Assembly (NCBI GenBank): GCA_032718475.1
Contig: JAUCBJ010002957.1
Location: forward strand, 1 to 34,064
Source: Nemertoderma westbladi
Lineage: Eukaryota > Animalia > Xenacoelomorpha
DNA: 34,064 nt
Reading direction: 5' to 3'
Part shown: piece by piece, positions 9,980-22,500 of the stretch
How the letters are laid out: every line of letters begins with the position of its first letter
How positions within the stretch are numbered: the stretch's first letter is position 1
Position numbers and translations under genes: made by a program
The notes under the pieces: model-generated
Told to the model about the DNA's origin: nothing
What the model saw: the letters and a program-made list of their open reading frames with translations, nothing else
Database searches by the model: none

Positions 9980-12527
9980 GTACCAATAGAAAGCTGACTG
10001 TGCAAGGATTCCAAAAATGTAAACGCATTTGAATTTGGTTCGGAAATAGCTGAGATATGAGCGTTCAAAAGTTGCATGGTTTTGCACCTGCGCGAGGCTG
10101 TTTTATTCTATTAAATAAAAACACTATATTCTAGAACATTTTGTTTATTTATGAATAGCTACATAATAGTATGATTAAAGTAGCATTGCATTGTTGCCCA
10201 GCTACGTATGGGATAAACAAAATGTTCCAGAATATTATGTATTTATTAATATAATTTATTAAACCAAAAATATTGGTACAGTAAAAACAATGTACAAAAT
10301 TTCACATATGCATATGGTATTACGAAGAGATTACGCGCGATTAATTAAGATTGCTGTAATAATATAAACTTTTAGAGTTCGCTCTACAAGATATGAGATG
10401 GTACTGCGACGCAGGCTCGCCACAGAGTCTACAACAGCAACTACTAGAGGCTTCGTGAAAACGCCCTGTCGAGCAAATATGGTGATGGTATCCGTGCATT
10501 GCTAAACGTGAGAGAATTTGTCGAGACTTTTGGTTCGAGTTCGCCCAACTTCGATCGGAGTGGAGTCCTAAAGACCAAAATTCACTTTGGATGTCGTCGA
10601 GTTTTTCATTAATATTACTGTGATAGATATTAAACTCTGTTGTGAGTGGAAGATTTAACTTGTCCACCAATTCCAGTGTCAACGGATGTTCCTAAGCCAA
10701 TGCGTAGACTAGGCGATTTTTACTAAATTTTGAAACTGATAGAGTCTTCTTCAGATAGACTGTTTTAATTTTATCTAAAGTTTCCATATCACTGGATTTC
10801 AAATGGGGCCGGGCCATATTACTCGTAAACCATATGTTATGACCGGCACAATCTTAATAGAAAATAAGCGCATAGCTGTCGATACTGACAATAAGTGCGG
10901 ATCGTGTATGGAATGGATTGCTTTTAAACATTTACAAGTGACTGCAACACAACACAATGTTTGGTAAACGATAGGGACGGTTGAAAAATCATTCCAAGAT
11001 ACTTGTAGTTATTTACTATTTTGACTAGTTTTCCATTTAAGTAAAATGTATCGTTTAGACACAACTTCCCACCTCGTCGAAACTTCATAATAGCAGTTTT
11101 ATCCAAATTAACTTCAAGACCATTTGCTTGTGTCCAATCCCAAAGGGCGTCTAATGCGGCTTGAATTTCTTCTCTAGTATGGGCGTAAAATAAAAGGTCA
11201 TCAGCAAACAGCAACATTACAACTTCGCCTATTTTCCGTACTGCTTCTCTAACAAAACCAACAATATCAGAAATGAAAATCACAAACAATAAAGGACTGA
11301 GACATTCACCCTGTGCCAATCCCCGTATCTGGGCTATAATCTTAGATAACCGCAGTCCATCATATATTCTAGTAAAATTTGTTGACAAAATGGCTTTAAT
11401 TATTCTGTAGAGGCTTCCACGAATATTGAAATGATAATAGAGCTTGTACAGAAGTAACTTTCGCGGTACACTGTCAAAAGCTTTACGAAAGTCAACGTAA
11501 ACTGCATACAATGGTGATCTTGGTCGAGACAGTTTACATTGAATATCTTTAATGAACTTGGTTAATGCCATTATAGTGGACTTGCCGGGCATAAATCCAT
11601 ATTGTTCTGATGGGAGCTTATTAGACACTCGTAAACGCAAACGCTTCTCTACTAAACTGGTGAATATCTTAAACATATTGTACAAAAGTGCAATTCCACG
11701 ATAGCAATCAGGATCCGATCTTGAGCCTTTGTTTTTATATAATACCTTAATTACACTGTTCTTCCATTTATTTACTAGGGTACCTGTTTGTAAACAGACA
11801 TTTAACAAAGTTGTCACTAGAAGGAGAGTTACTGGTAATGACGATTTTAATGACTCATAATATACTTTATCTGGACCACCCGATTTATTACTTGGTTTCC
11901 CCTTTATTATTTCTTCTACCTCTTCCATAGAGAAGGGAGGTTCTTCAACACATTCAGCCTCAGCTTCACTTTCGCTATCTTCGCTTAATGAAGTTTCACC
12001 TTCGGGATTGTAGATATTCTCAAAATGTGTTTCCCAAGTCCTTAAATCAATTGGACAACTTTGTTCTTGGTTCTTCTTCTTAGTCCATAGATATGGTTTC
12101 TCCTCGGCTTCTTGTATGAGCTTTTCTTCTTTTAGCAGCGAATAACTCTTCTGTTTATATTTTAAAAGGTCTTTGTACTGCTGTTTTTGAACGCGGAGCT
12201 GGTCTAGTAATGATGAATCATTTTTGACTGCATGGCTTAATAGTAAAACATCTTTGCGCTTATTGTAGCATTCTTTATCAAACCATCTCTTTGAGAACTT
12301 ACTTTTTACCGTAATTTTAGGAGATGGGTCGATGATGGATTTAACTAAAAGGTCGTAGGCGTCGTCGATATTATTCGAATATTATGTATTTATTAAATAG
12401 AATAAATGGCCTGCATAGGAAGCAAATACATGCAACTTTTGAACGCTCATATCTCAGCTATTTCCCAACCAAATTCAAATGTTTTTATATTTCTGGCATC
12501 CCTGCACAGTCAGCTTTCTATTTGTAC
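9980..12527. mobile_element. ~400-bp palindromic (foldback/MITE-like) element interrupted by a LINE
   Basis: 9980-~10150 is the imperfect reverse complement of 10212-10249 joined to 12397-12527, e.g. GAAATAGCTGAGATATGAGCGTTCAAAAGTTGCATG vs CATGCAACTTTTGAACGCTCATATCTCAGCTATTTC. Centre near 10180. Confidence 0.85.
10250..12376 (-). mobile_element. 5'-truncated non-LTR retrotransposon (RTEX-like: RT + C-terminal CCHC), with 20-bp TSD
   Basis: Linker RWFDKECY (~12290-12265). RT 11928-10924 with SGGPD, YRGIALL, QYGF, YVDFRKAFDSV, GLAQGECLSPLLF, LLFADDL and YKYLG. C-terminal CRLC-x7-H-x3-C in ORF 10682-10341. AATAAA at 10260-10255. GAATATTATGTATTTATTAA is duplicated at 10230-10249 and 12377-12396. 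The clade is inferred. Confidence 0.92.
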
Positions 12528-13499
12528 CAACAAATCAGGATAAGTTTCATGAATAACTGCAGTGTAACTGGTGAAATATCACCGGAGACACATTTTTCCA
12601 AACGCTTGTAGCTAACGATTGAAAACAAAAATAAAAATTCTGGCTCACCCACGGAGGAGGAGGGAGTTGAAACTATCTCTGTTTCAAATTTCACGCAATC
12701 TCATTAAGATTAGTAAAAAAAATTTGGGGGACGGGGGGGTCCAGGTACCTGAATAACGACACTATATTCCAGGACATGGTGTATATAGTTAGTCATAGCC
12801 ATACCAATCGATATGGTCTTATTAACACAGTATGCCAAATTCAATACTTTTTGGAGATAAAATAAATAAATTAAATTGATTAATCGAAGCAGTTTTATGT
12901 GCCAGCCTCTCAGAGACCCAAAATGTAAGCTGATTTTTACTTTGGTAGAATGTCTTAATCTCTGGGGGGTAGCTGAAGCACGAAGTTTAGTTAGTCCCTT
13001 ATCAATTACACTGAAATAAGTAAACCAATGGGAAAACAAATCATATGGAGAGCAGGTAGGGAAAAAGTCATTAATATTAATCAGTGGAGCGGGGTGCAGT
13101 TTACCTACCCTACATCTACGATGTAACATAAGGACAGGAAGAAGGATACATTCTGAACCACGGTTCCTGAATACCACGATCCAGAATGATACATCTGTTA
13201 TTATCAAGATGGAAGGAAAAACCTGCATTGATTTGCATAAACAACATCACAATGCCTATCTATCTTTGGTAACCATATGAGGAAAACTTTCAAAATGCAA
13301 ATTATAACATTTGCATGATTGCATTCAACATGTCTCTATACACTTAGGGAATACAGCTGCGATGGGAAGACAAAAGTGACACAAACGAAAGGTGATTCAA
13401 TATTTGTATGTATTGTTACGGTTGGTAGCAAAACGAATATTATATCTTTATTATCTCCGACGCCTTTTTGAAGACATATAATCAGCCCTAAACTCGCAA

Positions 13500-13810
13500 A
13501 ACAGGAAGGAACAAAAAGTCTATGAAGCTTTGATTAACTTTAGAAAACCTTTCGACTTTGTAAGTCGTGCTATTCTATTCTCAAATCATTACAGATTCAG
13601 GATCAAGTGAAAACTGCAGAGCCTAATAAAATATATGCTCATCAACAGCGTTGAAGTTTGTGATGGTCTAGAACCCTATTGAACAACTTAGAGGCATCAT
13701 ACAAGGCGACATTTCATACCAACTGGCTTTGTTGTATTTATCCCAGACATAGCTACTGTTGCAAGAAGTCGCTGATACAAGAACTTCCTGTTTTTTGAGG
13801 ATGATTTTTG
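13500..13810 (+). pseudogene. Highly decayed non-LTR RT fragment
   Basis: Hand translation across frameshifts gives KVYEALINFRKPFDFVSR, EVCDGL, RGIIQGD, FVVFIPDI and LFFEDD. These match the order of LYAVYVDFRKAFDSVPR, RIYDGL, RGLAQGE, FVIFISDI and LLFADD in the neighbouring element. Confidence 0.75.
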
Positions 13811-13921
13811 ATTGAGTCACGGAATGGCATGGCATGGAAAATAATTATATAAAATCAAAGATAATACAAATTCAAAATAGCGGACCACTCGCAAAAGAAG
13901 GCAAACCGCCACCATCCCAAG

Positions 13922-14792
13922 CCAATGTGAGAACTTTGGACTAACATTACAATCTACCCAATGTGAGTACTTTGGACTAACATTACAATCTACCCAATGT
14001 GAGTACTTTTGACTAACATTACAATCTACCCAATGTGAGTACTTTGGACTAACATTACAATCTACCCAATGTGAGTACTTTGGACTAACATTACAATCTA
14101 CCCAATGTAAGTACTTTGGACTAACATTACAATCTACCCAATGTGAGTACTTTGGACTAACATTACAATCTACCCAATGTGAGTACTTTGGACTAACATT
14201 ACAATCTACCCAATGTGAGTACTTTGGACTAACATTACAATCTACCCAATGTGAGTACTTTGGACTAACATTACAATCTACCCAATGTGAGTACTTTGGA
14301 CTAACATTACAATCTACCCAATGTGAGTACTTTGGACTAACATTACAATCTACCCAATGTGAGTACTTTGGACTAACATTACAATCTACCCAATGTGAGT
14401 ACTTTTGACTAACATTACAAACTACCCAATGTGAGTACTTTGGACTAACATTACAATCTACCCAATGTGAGTACTTTGGACTAACATTACAATCTACCCA
14501 ATGTGAGTACTTTGGACTAACATTACAATCTACCCAATGTGAGTACTTTTGACTAACATTACAAACTACCCAATGTGAGTACTTTGGACTAACATTACAA
14601 TCTACCCAATGTGAGTACTTTGGACTAACATTACAATCTACCCAATGTGAGTACTTTGGACTAACATTACAATCTACCCAATGTGAGTACTTTGGACTAA
14701 CATTACAATCTACCCAATGTGAGTACTTTGGACTAACATTACAATCTACCCAATGTGAGTACTTTGGACTAACATTACAATCTACCCAATGT
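13922..14792. repeat. 36-bp tandem satellite, ~24 copies (CCAATGTGAGTACTTTGGACTAACATTACAATCTAC)
   Basis: Head-to-tail near-identical units with no spacers. Confidence 0.98.
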
Positions 14793-14880
14793 TTCTCCAA
14801 ACTCGTAAAACAACAAAAAAGTAAACATTTCTAACATTATTATAACTTTTTGTTGGGCACAGCTTTTGCAAAGTCGGCAA

Positions 14881-14957
14881 TGACGTCCAGGTGGGATCGC
14901 ACTGGTGACCTCCGAGTTGGAAGTCTGACGCTCTAACCATCATTCAGCTAGTGGCTC
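14881..14957 (-). mobile_element. tRNA-derived SINE head or tRNA pseudogene
   Basis: The minus strand reads GAGCCACTAGCTGAATGATGGTTAGAGCGTCAGACTTCCAACTCGGAGGTCACCAGTGCGATCCCACCTGGACGTCA. It has an A-box-like TAGCTGAATGATGG, D-arm GGTTAGAGC, variable-loop AGGTC and a degenerate B box GTGCGATCC, but the stems are broken. Confidence 0.55.
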
Positions 14958-15861
14958 AGGTAAAAGATAGACCTGGAAATACTATCTGATACCGTGTATG
15001 TCCGCAATTTACCTCCTCATGGCCTCCCATCTGTCAATTCCATCATATGCTGCCACTGTGGTCAACCCTAGAGTATTGTAACACCGATAATAAATCTAAC
15101 ATTATTGGCTTTCTTGCACTCATCTTCTGTCAGTTGCTCTCGGTCTCAAAATCTAAAACATAGCAATCGAACCACTCATGCTATACCGCTACACACACTA
15201 CTCGACGCCATTTAAATGAGCAGGTTAGTAAATATACGTACAATATACGAAAGTTAACACATGTTACAAGATTATGCAGGTCTTTAGGACTAACTGTATA
15301 ATTCGAGCTACTGCCTGCTCACACTATTCATTGCAACAGTTGATCTGCCTTGGGCTAATATGGAACAATGGAAAGAAAAATTATGTAGGATTGGGAAATA
15401 CTTACAGACGAGCTGAGCTGCCATGGACCACCCCCTGCCTTCCATAATATCCCTCCTCGGACATAGGCATGACAGACGGACCCTAAGGAATGTAATTTCG
15501 CATGGCCATCCAACGGACAAAATCAATGCGGACTATATTAGAGATTTTATGACTCAAGTCAATCAGGTTTCACTACCAAACATAGGCGTATCACTGAATT
15601 TTTTAAGGTTCCATGAACTCAAACTCATTATAAATTATTCAGGCTCCTTCAGCCTTTTTTACTTTAGCCATATATGTGCCTGTATTTTAAACAATATCAT
15701 TTTAAATGATAAAATAATGAATATAATTGGGTCTTTGGTCTTCGTTTTGTACACATTCGAGGATCGTCGGTATAATATGATTAAACATTTTGTTTGATTT
15801 ATGAAACTAAATAATGACGGAATTTTGTATAAATATATTTTCCATAAAATATTTGGTACTC

Positions 15862-16022
15862 GAAGAATTGTTTTTGGTTGAGAAGTAATTATTTTAGGCC
15901 TTGTTTTTGGGGTATGAATAATTGTTTTTGGAGGATGAATAATTGTTTATGGGGGATGAGATGAATAATTGTTTTTGGGGGGTAATAATTGTTTTGGGGG
16001 AATGAATAATTGTTTTTGGTGA
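15862..16022. repeat. Degenerate ~21-bp tandem repeat (ATGAATAATTGTTTTTGGGGG), about 7 units
   Basis: Recurrent GAATAATTGTTTTTGG core. Confidence 0.8.
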
Positions 16023-16515
16023 GAGAAATATTCAAAATTGGGGGATCTAAATTGGTGCTACAAAAAAATGTATTATTGGTGCTAATTAATTTTTTGGTGT
16101 GAAATCATCTAATTGGGGTGGCATTGTATTAGTGGCGATTCTGGAAGTGCCTTTATTCGATTCAGCGTCACTGGAAAACCACGAAAGTGGAAGAAAAATA
16201 ACTAAGATTTACTCCTAGAAATAACTAAGAAAATGCCAATTCTCCTCATTTTCATCGTTTGATTCGGGATACCAGAAAACCCCCATAACAGCGCTGTAAT
16301 CTAGATATATAACAAATTAAGATAAATCAAATATTTGACAATTTTGGTGCACTATGCGCGAAAGTCCACATAACTAATTAATAGAGTGATGCTCAGATGC
16401 ACCCCCCCCCCCCCCCCCCATTGCTAATAGGGTTAAGGGGAGGACTGTAACAGGGATTAAAGAGAACAAGTAATGATATGATTTATAAGGCATGAAAACA
16501 ATAAACATGGGAAGC

Positions 16516-19500
16516 CAACCACGAGGATGGGGACTGAGGTGAGGCAAATCAACTACGAGGATAGGGACTGAGGTGAGGCAAATCAACAAAGAGGATGGGG
16601 ACTGAGGTGAGGCAAATCAACCAAGAGGATGGGGACTGAGGTGAGGCAAATCAACCAAGAGGATGGGGACTTAGGTGATGCAAATCAACCACGAGGATGG
16701 GGACTGAGGTGAGGCAAATCAACCAAGAGGATGGGGACTTAGGTGATGCAAATCAACCACGAGGATGGGGACTGAGGTGAGGCAAATCAACCAAGAGGAT
16801 GGGGACTGAGGTGAGGCAAATCAACCAAGAGGATGGGGACTGAGGTGAGGCAAATCAACCACGAGGATGGGGACTGAGGTGAGGCAAATCAACCAAGAGG
16901 ATGGGGACTGAGGTGAGGCAAATCAACCAAGAGGATGGGGACTGAGGTGAGGCAAATCAACCAAGAGGATGGGGACTGAGGTGAGGCAAATCAACCAAGA
17001 GGATGGGGACTGAGGTGAGGCAAATCAACCAAGAGGATGGGGACTGAGGTGAGGCAAATCAACCACGAGGATGGGGACTGAGGTGAGGCAAATCAACCAA
17101 GAGGATGGGGACTGAGGTGAGGCAAATCAACAAAGAGGATGGGGACTGAGGTGAGGCAAATCAACCAAGAGGATGGGGACTGAGGTGAGGCAAATCAACC
17201 AAGAGGATGGGGACTGAGGTGAGGCAAATCAACCACGAGGATGGGGACTGAGGTGAGGCAAATCAACCACGAGGATGGGGACTGAGGTGAGGCAAATCAA
17301 CCAATAGGATGGGGACTGAGGTGAGGAAAATCAACCAAGAGGATGGGGACTTAGGTGAGGAAAATCAACCACAAGGATGGGGACTGAGGTGAGGCAAATC
17401 AACCACGGGGATGGGAACTGAGGTGAGGAAAATCAACCACAAGGATGGGGACTGAGGTGAGGCAAATCAACCAAGAGGATGGGGACTGAGGTGAGGCAAA
17501 TCAACTACGAGGATGGGGACTGAGGTGAGGCAAATCAACCACAAGGATGGGGACTGAGGTGAGGCAAATCAACCAAGAGGATGGGGACTGAGGTGAGGCA
17601 AATAAACCAAGAGGATGGGGACTGAGGTGAGGCAAATCAACCACAAGGATGGGGACTGAGGTGAGGCAAATGAACCAAGAGGATGGGGACTGAGGTGAGG
17701 CAAATCAACCAAGAGGATGGGGACTGAGGTGAGGCAAATCAACCAAGAGGATGGGGACTGAGGTGAGGCAAATCAACCACGAGGATGGGGACTGAGGTGA
17801 GGCAAATCAACCAAGAGGATGGGGACTGAGGTGAGGCAAATCAACCAAGAGGATGGGGACTGAGGTGAGGCAAATCAACAAAGAGGATGGGGACTGAGGT
17901 GAGGCAAATCAACCAAGAGGATGGGGACTGAGGTGAGGCAAATCAACCAAGAGGATGGGGACTGAGGTGAGGCAAATCAACCACGAGGATGGGGACTGAG
18001 GTGAGGCAAATCAACCAAGAGGATGGGGACTGAGGTGAGGCAAATCAACCAAGAGGATGGGGACTGAGGTGAGGCAAATCAACCACGAGGATGGGGACTG
18101 AGGTGAGGCAAATCAACCAAGAGGATGGGGACTGAGGTGAGGCAAATAAACCAAGAGGATGGGGACTGAGGTGAGGCAAATCAACCACAAGGATGGGGAC
18201 TGAGGTGAGGCAAATCAACCAAGAGGATGGGGACTGAGGTGAGGCAAATCAACCAAGAGGATGGGGACTGAGGTGAGGCAAATAAACCAAGAGGATGGGG
18301 ACTGAGGTGAGGCAAATCAACCAAGAGGATGGGGACTGAGGTGAGGCAAATCAACCAAGAGGATGGGGACTGAGGTGAGGCAAATCAACCACGAGGATGG
18401 GGACTGAGGTGAGGCAAATCAACCAAGAGGATGGGGACTGAGGTGAGGCAAATCAACCACGAGGATGGGGACTGAGGTGAGGCAAATCAACCAAGAGGAT
18501 GGGGACTTAGGTGAGAAAAATCAACCACAAGGATGGGGACTGAGGTGAGGCAAATCAACCACAAGGAGGGGGACTGAGGTGAGGCAAATCAACCACAAGG
18601 AGGGGGACTGAGGTGAGGCAAATCAACCAAGAGGATGGGGACTGAGGTGAGGCAAATCAACCAAGAGGATGGGGACTGAGGTGAGGCAAATCAACCAAGA
18701 GGATGGGGACTGAGGTGAGGCAAATCAACCAAGAGGATGGGGACTGAGGTGAGGCAAATCAACCACGAGGATGGGGACTGAGGTGAGGCAAATCAACCAA
18801 GAGGATGGGGACTGAGGTGAGGCAAATCAACCACGAGGATGGGGACTGAGGTGAGGCAAATCAACCACAAGGAGGGGGACTGAGGTGAGGCAAATCAACC
18901 AAGAGGATGGGGACTGAGGTGAGGCAAATCAACCAAGAGGATGGGGACTGAGGTGAGGCAAATCAACCAAGAGGATGGGGACTGAGGTGAGGCAAATCAA
19001 CCACAAGGAGGGGGACTGAGGTGAGGCAAATCAACCAAGAGGATGGGGACTGAGGTGAGGCAAATCAACCAAGAGGATGGGGACTGAGGTGAGGCAAATC
19101 AACCAAGAGGATGGGGACTGAGGTGAGGCAAATCAACCACGAGGATGGGGACTGAGGTGAGGCAAATCAACCAAGAGGATGGGGACTGAGGTGAGGCAAA
19201 TCAACCACGAGGATGGGGACTGAGGTGAGGCAAATCAACCAAGAGGATGGGGACTTAGGTGAGAAAAATCAACCACAAGGATGGGGACTGAGGTGAGGCA
19301 AATCAACCACGGGGATGGGAACTGAGGTGAGGCAAATCAACCAAGAGGACGTGGACTGAGGTGAGGCAAATCAACCAAGAGGATGGGGACTGAGGTGAGG
19401 CAAATAAACCAAGAGGATGGGGACTGAGGTGAGGCAAATCAACCAAGAGGATGGGGACTGAGGTGAGGCAAATCAACCAAGAGGATGGGGACTGAGGTGA

Positions 19501-22500
19501 GGCAAATCAACCAAGAGGATGGGGACTTAGGTGAGGAAAATCAACCACAAGGATGGGGACTGAGGTGAGGCAAATCAACCACGGGGATGGGAACTGAGGT
19601 GAGGCAAATCAACCAAGAGGATGGGGACTTAGGTGAGGAAAATCAACCACAAGGATGGGGACTGAGGTGAGGCAAGTCAACCAGAAGGATGGGGACTGAG
19701 GTGAAGCAAATCAACCAAGAGGACGTGGACTGAGGTGAGGCAAATCAACCACGGGGATGGGAACTGAGGTGAGGCAAATCAACCAAGAGGACGTGGACTG
19801 AGGTGAGGCAAATCAACCACGAGGATGGGGACTTAGGTGAGGAAAATCAACCACAAGGATGGGGACTGAGGTGAGGCAAATCAACCAAGAGGATGGGGAC
19901 TTAGGTGAGGAAAATCAACCACGGGGATGGGGACTGAGGTGAAGCAAATCAACCAAGAGGACGTGGACTGAGGTGAGGCAAATCAACCAAGAGGATGGGG
20001 ACTGAGGTGAGGCAAATCAACCAAGAGGATGGGGACTGAGGTGAGGCAAATCAACCAAGAGGATGGGGACTGAGGTGAGGCAAATCAACCAAGAGGATGG
20101 GGACTGAGGTGAGGCAAATCAACCACAAGGATGGGGACTGAGGTGAGGCAAATCAACCACGAGGATGGGGACTGAGGTGAGGCAAATCAACCAAGAGGAT
20201 GGGGACTGAGGTGAGGCAAATCAACCAAGAGGATGGGGACTGAGGTGAGGCAAATCAACCACAAGGATGGGGACTGAGGTGAGGCAAATCAACCAAGAGG
20301 ATGGGGACTGAGGTGAGGCAAATCAACCAAGAGGATGGGGACTGAGGTGAGGCAAATCAACCACGAGGATGGGGACTGAGGTGAGGCAAATCAACAAAGA
20401 GGATGGGGACTGAGGTGATGCAAATCAACCAAGAGGATGGGGACTGAGGTGAGGCAAATCAACCACGAGGATGGGGACTGAGGTGAGGCAAATCAACCAA
20501 GAGGATGGGGACTTAGGTGATGCAAATCAACCACGAGGATGGGGACTGAGGTGAGGCAAATCAACCACGAGGATGGGGACTGAGGTGAGGCAAATCAACC
20601 AAGAGGATGGGGACTGAGGTGAGGCAAATCAACCACGAGGATGGGGACTGAGGTGAGGCAAATCAACCAAGAGGATGGGGACTTAGGTGATACAAATCAA
20701 CCACAAGGATGGGGACTGAGGTGAGGCAAATCAACCAAGAGGATGGGGACTGAGGTGAGGCAAATCAATCAAGAGGATGGGGACTGAGGTAAGGCAAATC
20801 AACCAAGAGGATGGGGACTGAGGTGATGCAAATCAACCACGAGGATGGGGACTGAGGTGAGGCAAATCAACCAAGAGGATGGGGACTTAGGTAAGGCAAA
20901 TCAACCAAGAGGATGGGGACTGAGGTGAGGCAAATCAACCACGAGGATGGGGACTGAGGTGATGCAAATCAACCACGAGGATGGGGACTGAGGTGAGGCA
21001 AATCAACAAAGAGGATGGGGACTGAGGTGAGGCAAATCAACCACGAGAATGGGGACTGAGGTGAGGCATATCAACCAAGAGGATGGGGACTTAGGTGATA
21101 CAAATCAACCACAAGGATGGGGACTGAGGTAAGGCAAATCAACCAAGAGGATGGGGACTTAGGTGATACAAATCAACCACAAGGATGGGGACTGAGGTAA
21201 GGCAAATCAACCAAGAGGATGGGGACTGAGGTGAGGCAAATCAACCACAAGGATGGGGACTGAGGTAAGGTAAATCAACCAAGAGGATGGGGACTGAGGT
21301 GAGGCAAATCAACCACGGGGATGGGGACTGAGGTGAGGCAAATCAACCAAGAGGATGGGGACTTAGGTGATACAAATCAACCACAAGGATGGGGACTGAG
21401 GTAAGGCAAATCAACCACGAGGATGGGGACTGAGGTGAAGCAAATCAACCACGAGGATGGGGACTGAGGTGAGGCAAATCAACCACGAGGATGGGGACTG
21501 AGGTGAGGCAAATCAACCACGAGGATGGGGACTGAGGTGAGGCAAATCAACCAAGAGGATGGGGACTGAGGTGAGGCAAATCAACCAAGAGGATGGGGAC
21601 TGAGGTGAGGCAAATCAACCAAGAGGATGGGGACTGAGGTGAGGCAAGTCAACCACGAGGATGGGGACTGAGGTGAGGCAAATCAACCAAGAGGATGGGG
21701 ACTTAGGTGAGGAAAATCAACCACGAGGATGGGGACTGAGGTGAGGCAAATCAACCAAGAGGATGGGGACTGAGGTGAGGCAAATCAACCAAGAGGATGG
21801 GGACTGAGGTAAGGCAAATCAACCAAGAGGATGGGGACTGAGGTAAGGCAAATCAACCAAGAGGATGGGGACTGAGGTGAGGCAAATCAACTACGAGGAT
21901 GGGGACTGAGGTGAGGCAAATCAACTACGAGGATGGGAACTGAGGTGAGGCAAATCAACCACGAGGATGGGGACTGAGGTGAAGCAAATCAACCAAGAGC
22001 ATGGGGACTGAGGTGAGGCAAATCAACCAAGAGGATGGGGACTGAGGTGAGGCAAATCAACCACGAGGATGGGGACTGAGGTGAGGCAAATCAACCAAGA
22101 GGATGGGGACTGAAGTGAGGCAAATCAACCAAGAGGATGGTGACTGAGGTGAGGCAAATCAACCACGAGGATGGGGACTGAGGTGAGGCAAATCAACCAA
22201 GAGCATGGGGACTGAGGTGAGGCAAATCAACCAAGAGGATGGGGACTGAGGTGAGGCAAATCAACCACGAGGATGGGGACTGAGGTGAGGCAAATCAACC
22301 AAGAGGATGGGGACTGAGGTGAGGCAAATCAACCAAGAGGATGGGGACTGAGGTGAGGCAAATCAACCAAGAGGATGGGGACTGAGGTGAGGCAAATCAA
22401 CCAAGAGGATGGGGACTGAGGTAAGGCAAATCAACCAAGAGGATGGGGACTGAGGTAAGGCAAATCAACCAAGAGGATGGGGACTGAGGTGAGGCAAATC

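Noticed and set aside
12710-13228. 172-aa minus-strand ORF as an extra channel exon
   Set aside because: No DEG/ENaC similarity, and exons 1 and 2 already join into contiguous canonical sequence.
13922-14792. CRISPR array (36-bp repeat length)
   Set aside because: Units are head-to-tail with no unique spacers, there are no cas genes, and the context is a eukaryotic intron.
14881-14957. Functional tRNA gene
   Set aside because: Acceptor, anticodon and T stems pair poorly and the B box is mutated. Kept only as a SINE/pseudogene.
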